Below, piece by piece: positions 12,409 to 25,681 of a stretch of DNA of 64,000 nucleotides (positions within the stretch are counted from its first letter, which is position 1; each line of letters starts with the position of its first letter). A program made the translations under genes and the position numbers. A model generated the notes under the pieces. The model was given only the letters and a program-made list of their open reading frames with translations. It searched no databases and was not told where the DNA came from. Source of the DNA: Octopus vulgaris (Eukaryota). The DNA lies in contig OX597829.1 in the NCBI GenBank assembly GCA_951406725.2, positions 49,848,001-49,912,000 on the forward strand, read 5' to 3'.

Positions 12409-12935
12409 TGTTTTAATGTGTGAGTGTTTATAAATGTGTATGCAATACACGTGTATGTAGGCACATGTGTGGGTGTATGTGTGTGAATGTGCATGTGAGT
12501 GTGTGTGTGTGTGTGTGAGTGTGTGTGTGAATGTGTATGTGTGTGAATGTGTATGTGCATGTGAGTGTGTGTGTATGAGTGCGTGAGTGTGCGTGTGTGT
12601 GTGAGAGTGAGTTTGTGTGTGTGTGTGTGCATGTGTGTGAGTGCATGTCTGTGTGAGTGTGTGTAAGTGTGTGTGTGCATGTGCGTTGCATGTGAGTGTG
12701 TGTGTGTGTGTGTGTATGTGTGTGCATGTGTGTGCATGTGTGTGAGTGCATGTCTGTGTGAGTGTGTGTGTGAATGTGTATGTGTGTGCATGTGTATGTG
12801 CATGTGAGTGTGTGTGTATGAGTGCGTGAGTGTGCGTGTGTGTGTGAGAGTGAGTTTGTGTGTGTGTGTGTGCATGTGTGTGAGTGCATGTCTGTGTGAG
12901 TGTGTGTAAGTGTGTGTGTGTGCATGTGCGTTGCA

Positions 12936-12966
<31 letters not shown>

Positions 12967-13017
12967 ATGAGTGTGTGCATGTGTGTGCATGTGTGAGTGA
13001 GTGAGTGAGTGTGTGTG

Positions 13018-13057
<40 letters not shown>

Positions 13058-13080
13058 TGTGTGTGTGTACGTGTGTGTTT
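12210..13080. repeat. Degenerate (GT)n tract with internal ~244-bp duplication
   Basis: GAGAGTGAGTTTG and GCGTTGCATG landmarks recur ~244 bp apart. Confidence 0.85.
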
Positions 13081-13394
13081 AAGATTAACAAACAGCAAGC
13101 TTTGAAGAAGAAAAAAATATATCAAGACACATTCATCAGATATTTTATAAAAAAAAAAAGAAGAAGAAAAAAATGCAGAAACAAAAATAATAAAAACAAA
13201 CAAAAAAAAGGTAACAAAAAGCAACAAAAAGCAACAAAAACAACAACCTCAACAAAATGAAAATATTTCAACTAATTATATTTTAAGTGAGCATTGAAAG
13301 ACCTCGGCTAATTAAATTTTTGGTTCTTTCAAAATATTTCATCGTTTGATTTAAATGTTATTTCTTTGTTTGTCAATTCTCAAAAAAAAAAAAA

Positions 13395-13433
<39 letters not shown>

Positions 13434-13746
13434 GATGATAATATTGTTGTTAATGATATTGTGACCAGGGTTTGATTTTGATTCCCTGCGGAGAAGTTCA
13501 TAGTGATTGTCGAGGTGATGCTCCAGCAGGGCCACAATCAAAGGACTGAAGCAAGTAAAAGAATAAAAGAATTCCAATGTTTACCTTATTTATATGTGTA
13601 TTGTTACAGCTGTTGTTGTTGCTGCTGCTGCTTCTGCTGCGGTTACTGTTGTTGTTGTTGTTCTTCTTCTTCTTCTTACTACTACTACTACTACTCCTGC
13701 TGCTGCTGCTGTTGTTGTTGTTAAGCAACAAGATGAGTAAGGGTGA

Positions 13747-14011
13747 TTAGGTGATGGTCCAGGATTTAGGGGCGGGAGACCCCGGACCTTGGGAAAAAAA
13801 AAACTTTGGTCGTTTTGTTGTAGTCGAGAGCTCTTCGCTGACGCCCGACACCACTGGGAGGTGGCCCTTGAAGTCGCTGGAAATGGAGATCTCCAGGTCC
13901 AAATTCTTGAACAGCAAGCTGCTGCTGCTGCTGTTGCTGTTGCTGTTGTTGTTGTTGCTGTTGCTGCTGTTGATGTTAAGTTCTCCCAAAACCATTCCTA
14001 ACTTAGAACAT
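13747..14011 (-). other. Candidate exon with GC-rich open frame (poly-Ser/Asn)
   Basis: ttttttttgtag acceptor; CSKLGMVLGELNINSS...PGSPAPKSWTIT*; unique, GC-richer than its flanks; no recognised homology. Confidence 0.3.
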
Positions 14012-15159
14012 CTACAAAAAAAAATGTCAATGCTACCTTTTTTTGAGGTCATGTCACTTCATAAGGGCCAGTTTACTGGTTTCGTGGCATGTATATATCC
14101 CCCACCTAAGCATTATCCTTCATTTCCAATGTTTTATGTAAACATATCTGGACATGGGAAAATATTGAACAGATGAGGACTAGCATCAAAATGGTCATTC
14201 AAGCCTTGACAAACTCTGTCTGGCCCATGCAAGCATGGAAAAGTGGACATTAAAACAATTATGAACATAGCTTGGACTGCCTGATCCAGTGAGTGTGCCA
14301 GGCAGGGTTTTTTTTTTTAAAGACAGGAGGATGCAATTTGAAGGAGATCAAATCTTCATGTTGTTGATTTCTGGGTCTGGATTAACAGAGCAAGATCTGT
14401 GACCAAATGCTTTTCAGCTGCGACCATCTTCTCACCTTTTCTGATGCTAACTGCATTAACTCATGCATCGGCCTTTTGACATGGTATTGAATGTAATTTC
14501 AGTGATATTTGACTGCCATTTCTAGCAGATAAAATTATTACACTACCTTATGCTGGATCTCGATGTTTGATCACAGATCCTCAGGTGACATTCAACTTGA
14601 GCATTTTAATCTGCCCCAGAAATAGGTTCCAGATCATTTGAGAGAATGTCAATGTGATAGATTAGTAAGGCAGCAAGCTTGCAGAAACATTAGCATGCCG
14701 GCCAAAATGCTTAGCAATATTTTGCCTGTCATTACATTCTGAGTTCAAATTCCGCCAATGTCGACTTTGCCTTTCATCTTTTCAGGGTCGATAAATTAAG
14801 TACCAGTTGCATACTGGGGTCAATCTAGTCGACTTCCCCCACCACTTCCACCAAAATTTCGGGCCTTGTGCCCAGAGTAGTAAAGAATCTGATAGATTAG
14901 TTCCTTACTCAGGTGTATTATCCTTAATTCATTTCACCTGGTTTTAAACCTCCACCATTTATTTGGTTGTGGAGGCATGTGGTTTAGAGGTTAGGGTGTT
15001 GGACTCATGATCATAAGATTGTGGTTTCAATTCCTGGACTGGGCGACGCATTGTGTTCTTGAGCAAAACACTTCATTTCACGTTGCTCCAGTCCACTCAG
15101 CTGGCAAAAAGGAGTTAATCCAGCAATGGACCGATGACCCGTCCAGGAAGAGAATATAT

Positions 15160-15815
15160 ACACCTGGATGAGGTGGTGAAGCTTGACCTTCAAACATTGG
15201 GCCTCACAGAGGAAATGACAAAAGACAGAGACCTCTGGAGATATGCTGCGACTGAGAAGACCCAGCAAATAAAGCGAGATCACAGCTGCAATCTACATCA
15301 GTGTCGCATAACCAGCCAACTCAAAAAGTACCCTTGCATCGAAAGACAACATGCCCTTCAACGCAAGGAGACCTGCTACAGGAGAACTAGGAGTCAAGTA
15401 CATCAACATCAAAATGAAATCAAATCACAATCAAAGAGAAATTGTAGTTGTGTTCCCCGTGCTGGTGGCACGTAAAACTGCACCATCCGAACGTAGCTGA
15501 TGACAGTGCCGCCTTGACTGGCTCCCATACCGGTGGCATGTAAAAGGCACCATCCAATCATGGTCGATGCCAGCCCCCTCTGGCCCCTGTGCCAGTGGCA
15601 CGTAAAAGGCACCCACTACGCTCTCGGAGTGGTTGGCATCAGGAAGGGCATCCAGCTGTAGAAACATTGCCAGATCAGACTGGTGCCTGGTGCAACCTCC
15701 TGGCTTTCCAGATCCCAGTTGAAACTTCTCACCCATGCCAGCATGGAAATGATGATGATGGTGGTGGTGGTGGTGGTGGTGATGATGAAGATGATGATGA
15801 TGATGATGATGATGA
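15160..15815 (+). mobile_element. RTE LINE 3' end and 3' UTR
   Basis: DEVVKLDLQTLGLTEEMTKDRDLWRYA followed by the subrepeat UTR and (GAT)n. Confidence 0.85.
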
Positions 15816-16377
15816 AAATGGGAAACAGCCCTTATTAGTCAACATGACTTGAGAAGGTAACCTTTTTTTTATTACGTCTATTTGGTTCTTGGGCGTTGCT
15901 AACAGAGACCACGCTGTTTGAAAGTAATTTCCTTCCTTTCTTCCTTCCACACATCTTGGAGGCTGACTCCACTTTTGACCAACCAATACTAAATAAAATA
16001 ATATAAATCAATTCAAAGAAAAGGTTATTCCAGCTCTATTCCACACCTGCTTAGCACACCTGTATTCTTCACAATTGCAGTTCATATAATTGCACCTTCA
16101 AGCCACATCTATATTATTGTATTATTTCTGCAGGAGATATCTACTTCCAATTTGTGTTGTTATAATCAGAATGGTGTGGTACGGTGCACATTTTGGGAAC
16201 CATGGCCCTATATCCTTCTTTGAAATTTAACTGGTGTTGGCTAGGTTCTGCATCCAAGCGACATCGCTAAAATAAGTAATATCCAATTGACTTTAGTACT
16301 TTCACGCTCAAACAAAATTTCTGGTCTTTTGCCAAAGCGAAAAATCAATAATGGTGTCAGATATTAATATTTTATTT

Positions 16378-16404
16378 ACACACACACAGACACAGACACA
16401 CACA

Positions 16405-16468
<64 letters not shown>

Positions 16469-16674
16469 CATGCACTCACACACACACACTCACACACACA
16501 CACTCACGCACACGCACACACACTCACGCACACACTCACACACACACACTCAAACACACTCACACACCCACACACACTCACGCACTCACACACACACAGA
16601 CACGCACTCACACACACACGCACTCACACACGCACTCACACACACACACACACACACTCAGACACACACGCACT

Positions 16675-16707
<33 letters not shown>

Positions 16708-16732
16708 ACACACACCCACTCACACACACGCA

Positions 16733-16780
<48 letters not shown>

Positions 16781-16806
16781 ACACACACACACCACACCCA
16801 CACACA
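16378..16806. repeat. (CA)n microsatellite
   Basis: Direct reading. Confidence 0.95.
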
Positions 16807-17122
16807 GAAGCATGAAGAAACAGTTGTAAATGCCAAATGCTTAAAACATTTTTGATAATAAAATGTTTGATATCAACGATGACTATCTTTTCTCTCCGAG
16901 ATTTCTACAGGATCAAAAAGCATTGCCAATGTAATTCCTCTTTGTCTCTTTGCAATTCGTAAAAGAGAACACTTCAGATGAGACTTCGGTGTAGAGTTTG
17001 TTCGGCCAGCATGAAAGGGAAGGAAAATTCCTTTGAAATAAGGAGCACGCAGGTAGGCAGGCAGGCAGGTAGGAATAATAAAACGAGATCATATTCCATT
17101 GGACAGACATTCGACTGAGTGA

Positions 17123-17218
17123 CTGCTGCTGCTGCTGCTGTTGTTGTTGTTGTTGCTGTTGTTGTTGTTGCTGCTGCTGCTGTTGTTGTTGTTGTTGTTG
17201 TGGTGGTGGTGGTGGTGG

Positions 17219-17282
<64 letters not shown>

Positions 17283-17305
17283 GATGGTGATGGTGATGAT
17301 GATGG

Positions 17306-17340
<35 letters not shown>

Positions 17341-17368
17341 GTGGTGGTGATGATGATGGTGATGGTGG

Positions 17369-17424
<56 letters not shown>

Positions 17425-17440
17425 GTGATGGTGGTGATGG

Positions 17441-17517
<77 letters not shown>

Positions 17518-17545
17518 GTGATGTAGTGGTGGTGGTGGTGGTGGG
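17123..17545. repeat. Compound trinucleotide tract (GCT/GTT/GGT/GAT)n
   Basis: Direct reading. Confidence 0.95.
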
Positions 17546-18017
17546 TGTCGTTTAGGCCATCTGTCAGTAAACCCGATCCTGAAGATGTACTTCTCGTCAT
17601 TAAAGACCTGACGGAATCGTTAACACGCCAGGCAAAAATGCTCAACGGCAGTTTTTTCCAGTTTCATGACCTGAGTTCAAATTCCACCAAGGTCAACTTT
17701 GTTTTTCCTCCTTTCAGAACCCTGGGGGTCAATTACATCGACAAGCTCTTTCCCTAAAGATTTCAGGCCTTGTGCCTAAAATTAGAAAAAAAAAAAACTA
17801 TTAAAGAGCAGACAGGATCATTAGTGTGTCAGGCAAAATGCTGAGCAGCATTCCTTCCAGCTTTATGTTCTGAGATCAAATTCCACTGAGGTTGACTTTG
17901 CCTTTCATCCTTTTGGGGGTCGATAAAATAATTACCAGTCATGCACTGGGGTTGATATAATCAACTATCTCTCTCCCCAAAAATTTCAGCCCATGTTCCC
18001 AAAGTAGAAAGGATTAC

Positions 18018-18437
18018 TCTCTTTTTACTCTTTTACTCTTTTACTTGTTTCAGTCATTTGACTGCGGCCATGCTGGAGCACCGCCTTTAATCGAGCAACT
18101 CGAACCCGGGACTTATTCTTTTGTAAGCTCAGTACTTATTCTATCAGTCTCTTTTGCCGAACCGCTATGTAACGGGGACATAAACACACCAGCATCGGTT
18201 GTCAAGCAATGCTGGGGGGACAAACACAGACACACAAACACACACACGCATATACACACATATACATATATATACGATGGGCTTCTTTCAGTTTCCGTCT
18301 ACCAAATCCACTCACATGGCTTTGGTCGGCCCGAAGCTATAGTAGAAGACACTTGACCAAGGTGCCATGCAGTGGGACTGAACCCAGAACCATGTGGTTG
18401 GTAAACAAGCTACTTACCACACAGCCACTCCTGCACC
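18018..18437 (-). mobile_element. SINE family S2, full length
   Basis: Reverse complement of the S2 consensus with (GAGTAAAA)n tail. Confidence 0.88.
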
Positions 18438-18460
18438 TATTTATTTAATTATTATTATTA

Positions 18461-18515
<55 letters not shown>

Positions 18516-19131
18516 CATTATTTAAGGTGGCGAGCTGGCAGAATTGTTAGCATGCTGGGCGAAATGCTTAGCGGCATTTTGTCTTACATTCTGAGATCAA
18601 ATTTTGCCGAGGTCGACTTTGCCTTTCATCCTTTCAGGGTCAATAACATAAGTACCAGTTGTATCCTGGGGTATGAAGTAATTCATTTAGTCCCTTCCTT
18701 CAAAATTTCTGACTTTGTGCCAAAATTTGAAATTGTTATTAAAACCGTTCCAGCCATGGCCATACCATTTTGTTGTATATTTAGCTCTGCATTTTCTAGT
18801 GTGACCTTGAATTGTCTTATGATAGCAAGACGTGATCTACGGTAAAATTGGCTGCTATTTCTTGAAGGTCAAGCAATTATGTTATGTCTTCCCACATGGG
18901 CTTAAAGATATTAATGCAAAGAAATTTGCTTCGCAACCACAGGGTTTAAAGTTCGATTCCACAGCACCACACATTGGAGTAAAATGTGTTATATTGAATA
19001 CATTTGTAGGGAGAGAAGGTGGGAAGAAGAGAAAGAAACCATTGAAAAGGATGTAAATAATATAGATAAACAGATAGCTGAGGGTTTGAGAGACGAAGCA
19101 AGAGATGGAGGGAGAGAGGAAGCAAGAGATG

Positions 19132-19171
<40 letters not shown>

Positions 19172-20558
19172 TAGAGGTATTATTAGTTTGGTTTAGCTAA
19201 GTTGTTGCTGTTGTTGTTACAGGGGAAGGTGTTCTTGCTATTTTTTTTTGTTTTTTTTTTCTTATCATCATTGTTTGTTTTACTTTCTTGTTCTGAAAAA
19301 AAAAATGGTCAACGCCTATGGCATTTGCAGGACTATTAAGAACAGAGAATTCGATGCTATTAATGGTCTGCTTAAACTGTTGCAACTTGAGACCTGCAAG
19401 GAGATATGTGCAAGTAAAGAATTCCGGAGGGAGGACATCCAAGGGAGGAAGGAATGGGAATAAGAGGGGATACGGACAGTGGGTCAGCGATGGGGAGAAC
19501 AGAGGGGGTGTTTTTGTAGGTGTGTTAGGGGAGGGTAACAGATGAGGGTAGAGAATGTACGAGGTCTGATCGATAAGTATCCGGACTGTTGCCATAGTAA
19601 CGAAGCTAAAGCATGCAGAGTGAAGCCACTAGGCACAGATTGACTTTGAACTCTGCTGTCCATGTGCACTAAGTTTTAACGTTCTAGCTCACTTCTGCTG
19701 TTTACAGCAGTGCTTGGAAGGAAGGGGTGTAGTGTGTGATTGTTATATTGATCATGACAAAGAAACTTGTCATGACGACACCTGCTCAGAGGCATGCTCA
19801 AAGTTGCAGAAAGTGTATGGAGAGGAGTGTATAAGCTACACACAAGTGTACGAGAGGTTCAGACGTTTCCAAGATGGCCGAAAATATGTCGATATTGACG
19901 AACATTCTGGGAGACCTGCAACCAGCAGAACTGAGAAAAGCATCACAGATGTAAGTGCAGTTGTGAGGGGAAATCATCAAATCATCAATGCAGATTAGTT
20001 ACGGTTCAGTTCATTCCATTGTCACTGAAGATTTGGGTGTGAGACACTCCTCTCCATACACTTTCTGCAACTTTGAGTATGCCTTTGAGCAAGTATCACT
20101 ATGGCAACTTTCTTTGTCATGATCAATGTAATAATCACACACTACACCCCTTCCTTCCAAGCACTGCTGTAAACAGCAGAAGTGAGCTAGAATGTTTAAA
20201 CTTAGTCTGCCAAGCTTACACCAAAATTGTTTTCAGCTGACCAAAAAGACACTCGGGGTTTCAATTGCACAAGATTTCTTTGATTGTGTTGAGAATGATG
20301 AAAACCTTTTTAAAAAACTTGCGTGGGCCTCTGAGCAGGTGTCACCAAGCATTTGACAAAATTTGATGCAGATTCTCTGCTCAACATTCTCTGTCATGGT
20401 CAATGTAATGATTACACGCTACACACGTTCCTTCCAGGCACTGCTGTAAACAGCTGAAGTGAGTTAGGATGTGAAAATTTAGTGCTCATGCACAGCAGAG
20501 TTCAAGGTCAATCTGTGCCAAGCAGCTTCATTGTGTGTGCTTTTGCTTTGTTACTATA

Positions 20559-20792
20559 TATTTCTTTATTGCCCACAAGGGGCTAAACATAGAGGGGGAC
20601 AAACAAGACAGACAAACAGATTAAGTCGATTACATCGACCCCAGTGCGAAACTGGTACTTTATTTATCGACCCCGAAAGGACGAAAGGCAAAGTCGACCT
20701 CGGCGGAATTTGAACTCAGAACGCAGCAGCGGACAAAATACCGCAAAGCATTTCACCTGGTGTGCTAACGTTTCTGCCAGCTCGCCACCTTT
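20559..20792 (-). mobile_element. SINE family S1, full length, fused downstream of U6
   Basis: Head GGTGGCGAGCTGGCAGAAACGTTAGC, B-box GAGTTCAAATTCC, tail GGGCAATAAAGAAAT. Confidence 0.9.
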
Positions 20793-20889
20793 AAAAAATA
20801 TGGAACGCTTCACGAATTTGCATGTCATCCTTGCGCAGGGGCCATGCTAATCTTCTCTGTATCATTCCAATTTTAGAATATGTACCGCC
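20793..20889 (-). pseudogene. U6: U6 snRNA retropseudogene, ~11 nt 5'-truncated
   Basis: Minus strand GGCGGTACATATTCTAAAATTGGAATGATACAGAGAAGATTAGCATGGCCCCTGCGCAAGGATGACATGCAAATTCGTGAAGCGTTCCATATTTTTT is near-identical to metazoan U6; upstream flank is mariner TIR, not a U6 promoter. Confidence 0.95.
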
Positions 20890-21402
20890 TTAGCTTTGTA
20901 CCGCCTTGCTTTGTTACTATAGCAACAGTCCGGATACTTATTGATCAGACCTTGTGTAGTTAACAGAAAATATCAGACAGAAATTGGTCTGAAAGGAAGA
21001 TTAGATTAGAAGATAATGGGGTGGTGGTGGGGGTGAAATGCAAAGTGTTGGAGTAGTGAGGAAAGAGATGTATGACACCAGAGGGTGTCTACAGTGAGTT
21101 GGTGTGATGGCAGATTATGAGAGGGTTCTGAGGATGAAACAGGAAAGAATGGAATATGGTAGATGAGAGAGATAACTGAAGAGAGAGGAAGGAGGTGATT
21201 GAGGAAATAGTGTTGGTGGGGAAGGGATTATTATAATGGGGAGGAGGTAACTAGTGGTGCAAAGTACTGCCCTAAAGTGATAGCGGATGCCAGGTGACGC
21301 CAGCGATAGTGTGACAGAGGTTGGGTGATAGGGGAATGAGATGTGGGGAGGGAAGCCCAATGGGAGCAGAAGGGGTTACAAGCCTATACAGACTGCCTTT
21401 AA

Positions 21403-21623
21403 CCCTTTTGTTACTGTATTTATTTTGAGATGCTCTGTGTTTCTTTCAATTAATTTTAAATATAACAAAGGATTTAGTAAAATAATTTAGTTATCATTCA
21501 GCTAGGGTTAGGAACATAAATTGTTACTTAGGTTTGGTGGAAGATTTTAATTCAAAACTTATGAAAACAAGACATTTGTACTCAGAGCCAAAGCCGGTTT
21601 CAGCCAGGTTGGTAACGAAAGGG
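21403..21623 (-). mobile_element. piggyBac-type MITE
   Basis: TTAA-CCCTTT...AAAGGG-TTAA; reverse complement of 3993-4214. Confidence 0.85.
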
Positions 21624-22105
21624 TTAAGACATAATTTTTGGTTGTGATGGATGGGTTTTCTTGAGTACAACCAATCATCAATCACCTTGGTCTTATATCA
21701 TCTCCTCAGAGAGGCTCAACATCTTGAGATCAGCCTTCACTACTTAAACCCATGTTTCCCTGGGTCACCCTCTTCCACAAGTTCCATCCATTTTAAGCAA
21801 CCAGCACTTTATGCAGTTTTCCTCATCATACACATCACACGACCATACCAGCACAGTTTTCTCTCTTACATCCTACATCTGATTCCTCTTATTCTTTCAT
21901 TCTTCTACTTGTTTCAGTCATTTGACTGTAGCCATGCTGGAGCACTGCCTTAAAGGGTTTTTAATTGAGCAAATAGATCCCAAGGCTTTTTTCTTAAAAG
22001 CCTAGTACTTATTTTATTGGTTTCTTTTGTTGAACACACCAACATTGGTTGTCAAACAGTGATGGGGAGGACAAACACAGACACACACACATACACACAC
22101 AAACG

Positions 22106-22158
<53 letters not shown>

Positions 22159-22780
22159 TCATCATCTTTTAACGTCCGCTTTCCATGCTAGCATAGGTTG
22201 GACGGTTCAACTGGGGTCTGGGAAGCCCGAAGGCTGCACCAGGCCAGTCAGATCTGGCAGTGTTTCTACAGCTGGATGCCCTTCCTAATGCCAACCACTC
22301 TGTGAGTGTAGTGGGTGCTTTTTATGTGCCACCGAAACAGGTGCCAGACAAGGCTGGCGAATGGCCACGCTCAGATGGTGTTTTTTATGTGCCACTGACA
22401 CAGGTGCCAGACGAGGCTGAATCATTTTACAAGTCATCTTTCCAAGCTATTTCACAGTATATATATATATATATATATACGACAGGCTTCTTTCAGTTTC
22501 CATCTATCAAATCCACTCACAAGTATTTGGTCAGCCCAATATAATAGAAGACACTTGTCCAAGGTGCAACATGGTGGGACTGAACCCGGAACCATGTGGT
22601 TAGGAAACAAGCTTCTTACCACATAGCTCAATTTTTCTCCCAATGTCTTTGAACTTTGTCAGACACACACACACTTTTATTGCACATTCTATGATGCATT
22701 CCAGCCTCATTCCTCTCTAGTTTTTACTCCTCCTCAACATTCAGGGTCCATGTCTCACTAACATGTATCATTGTTATTCA

Positions 22781-23150
22781 TACATGGTTCCGGGTTCAGT
22801 CCCACTGCGTGGCATCTTGGGCAAGTGTCTTCTGCTATAGCCCCAGGCCGACCAATGCCTTGTGAGTGGATTTGGTAGACGGAAACTGAAAGAAGCCTGT
22901 CGTATATATGTATATATATATGTGTGTGTGTGTATGTGTTTGTGTGTCTGTGTTTGTCTCCCTAGCATTGCTTGACAACCGATGCTGGTGTGTTGAAGTC
23001 CCTGTAACTTAGCGGTTCGGCAAAACAGACCGATAGAATAAGTACTGGGCTTACAAAGAATAAGTCCCGGGGGTCGATTTGCTCGACTAAAGGCGGTGCT
23101 CCAGCATGGCCGCAGTCAAATGACTGAAACAAGTAAAAGAGTAAAAGAGT
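22781..23150 (+). mobile_element. SINE family S2, 5'-truncated
   Basis: B-box onward, internal microsatellite, GAGTAAAA tail. Confidence 0.85.
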
Positions 23151-23839
23151 ATACAATTTGCCTTTCACTCTGAGGCAGAGTCCCATTGTTACCAACAGAG
23201 GTAACAGGTCTAGAAACTTTCTCCATCCAATTCTTTTTTTCTAGCAACTATACTTTCAGAGCATCCACCTCCTCTGCTAATTAGGTCTCCTAGGAAACAG
23301 AAGCTATCTTCTACATCAAGGAACCTCCTGGACATTTGAGAAAAATCTATTTCCTGTGTGTGTGTCCACAGTCTTTATTGCTCCAGATTCACATTTACTG
23401 CAATATTAGTTTTTTTTTTCATTTTGTGCTTGATATAAAGAGAATTTATTTTTCATTATTTTGTTATTTTTACACCTAAAGATAAATCTATTTCTAATGT
23501 ACAATAATGTATTTTTAAAATATGGCAACGGTATTTTACATTCCTTATTTTGGAATCTCATACTGCACACAAGAATTTTAAATATGTGCACATGATATAT
23601 ATGTGTGGGTGGGTTCATGGGTGTATGTGTATGTGGGGGTGTATGTGTGGAGGGTGTGAGTGTATATGTGTGCGAGTGTATGTGTGTGTGTGTGTGAGTG
23701 TATGTGCAAGTGTGTGAATGTATGTGTTTGTATGTATATCTATGTGTGTGCGTATGAGCATGTGTGAGTGTATATATGTTTATGTGTGTGTTCTTGTGTT
23801 TCATAAGCTCAAGGACATGTATGTGTGCATGTGTTAAGT

Positions 23840-23874
<35 letters not shown>

Positions 23875-24480
23875 TGGATGTTTTGGAAACTAATGTTACC
23901 CACACACGCACACACACTCTCACACACACAACACAACATCCACCCACCCACACACACACACACACACATACTCTCTCTCTCTCTCTCTCTCTCTCTCGCA
24001 GACACACCCACGCATGCACAAACACACACACATGACTAAATTTTTCTCCCAGTCAATACCAAACCTACAGTGCCGGCTGTTGTGACAAATGGAGGTCAGA
24101 TGGATCACGTATCAATAAGAAATCAGCATCAGTTACATACGTCATTCAATCGCTCATCGTTTGGTCTATTGATAGTGATGGGTGGGTGGGGGTGGGTGGG
24201 TGGGGTCAGTGTGAGAGCGAGGGTAATGGCGATGGTGGCGAAGGCAGGTGGTAGGAAGGTGGTGGAAGGTGATAGAGTTATGGACAGGCAACCCCATTGA
24301 TTGATTGAAGCAAGTCCCAGAGAATCTGTAACAAGATACTGGCCAGCTACATTCATGAGCTACAGCCAGCGTTGCTTGATCTGCTAGAAATAATAGGCAG
24401 ATCTCCCTCACTGTCTTAATAATAGGGAAAGACACAAAACCCAAAACACAAAGCACATCATTAGAAATTGCAGCGCCCAA

Positions 24481-24855
24481 AAGGAAAGGACAGACAAAGG
24501 TATTAAGTCAATTACATCGACCCCAGTGTGTAACTGGTACTTAATTTATCGACCCCAAAAGAATGAAAGGCAAAGTCTACCTCAGTGGAATTTGAACTCA
24601 GAACATGATGACAGACAAAATACTTATTTCTTTATTACCCACAAGGGGCTAAACATAGAGGGGACAAACAAGGACAGACATAGGTATTAAGTCGATTACA
24701 TCGACCCCAGTGCGTAACTGATACTTAATCTATCGACCGCCAAAGAATGAAAGGCAAAGTCTACCTCAGTGGAATTTGAACTCAGAACATAATGACAGAC
24801 AAAATACTGCTAAGCATTTCATCCGGCGTGCTAATGTTTCTGCCAGCTTGCCAAC
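24481..24855 (-). mobile_element. Tandem/nested SINE S1 copies
   Basis: Two near-identical S1 segments ~180 bp apart. Confidence 0.8.
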
Positions 24856-24977
24856 TTCATTGCTGGAAGTGGGAATGAGAGCAGAAGCTTTAAACTCATT
24901 CATTCACCAAAAGCCATTGATTAAAGGAGGATACACAAAAATGTAGCAACACCAGCTGGCAGTGCCACAACATATAT

Positions 24978-25364
24978 GGAAGCACTCGGTCGGTTACGAC
25001 GACGAGGGTTCCGGTTGATCCGAATCAACGGAACAGCCTGCTCGTGAAATTAACGTGTAAGTGGCTGAGCACTCCACAGACACGTGTACCCTTAACGTAG
25101 TTCTCGGGGATATTCAGCGTGACACAGAGAGTGACAAGGCCGGCCCTTTGAAATACAGGTACAACAGAAACAGGAAGTAAGAGTGAGAGAAAGTTGTGGT
25201 GAAAGAGTACAGCAGGGACCACCACCATCCCCTGCCAGAGCCTCGTGGAGCTTTTAGGTGTTTTCGCTCAATAAACACTCACAACGCCCGGTCTGGGAAT
25301 CGAAACCGCAATCCTATGACTGCGAGTCCGCTGCCCTAACCACTGGGCCATTGCGTCTCCACCC
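24978..25364 (-). mobile_element. Young tRNA-derived SINE, family S3
   Basis: A-box TGGCCCAGTGG, B-box GTTTCGATTCC; TSD CAACATATAT (24968-24977 / 25365-25374); near-identical to 59470-59858. Confidence 0.92.
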
Positions 25365-25462
25365 CAACATATATATCTGTGAGGTACAACATCTGAAGAT
25401 CCTTTCTCACTACTTCACCCAACATCTTCCTGGGTCTACCCCTCCCACCAGCACTTCTTTAA

Positions 25463-25681
25463 CCCTTTTGTTACTGTATTTATTTTGAAATACTCTGTGT
25501 TTCTTTCAATTACTTTAAATATTACAAAGAATTTGGTAAAATAAATTAGTTATCATTTAGCTAGTGTTAGGAATGTAAAATGTGACTAAGGTTTTGGTGG
25601 AAGATTTTCATTAAAAATTTATGGAAACAAGACATTTGTACTCAGTCAGAGCCGGTTTCAGCTGGGTTGGTAATGAAAGGG
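25463..25681 (-). mobile_element. piggyBac-type MITE inserted in an RTE fragment
   Basis: TTAA TSD, CCC/GGG termini. Confidence 0.85.

Larger units (their letters stand above)
19560..20954. mobile_element. Mariner-derived foldback element with ~200-bp inverted termini
   Basis: CGAGGTCTGATCGATAAGTATCCGGACTGTTGC mirrored at 20922-20954; HTH remnant KLQKVYGEECISYTQVYERFRRFQDGR...HSGRP; internal inverted copy at 20046-20205. Confidence 0.88.

Noticed and set aside
12306-13227. Long His/Thr-rich ORFs (also 16351-16829, 54220-54603)
   Set aside because: Translations of (CA)n/(GT)n microsatellites
16974-17645. Poly-Ile/Met/His ORFs
   Set aside because: Trinucleotide tract; the apparent acceptor at ~17608 is the edge of an S1 SINE
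20793-20889. Functional U6 gene
   Set aside because: 5' stem truncated, upstream is transposon TIR rather than PSE/TATA, and it is TSD-flanked
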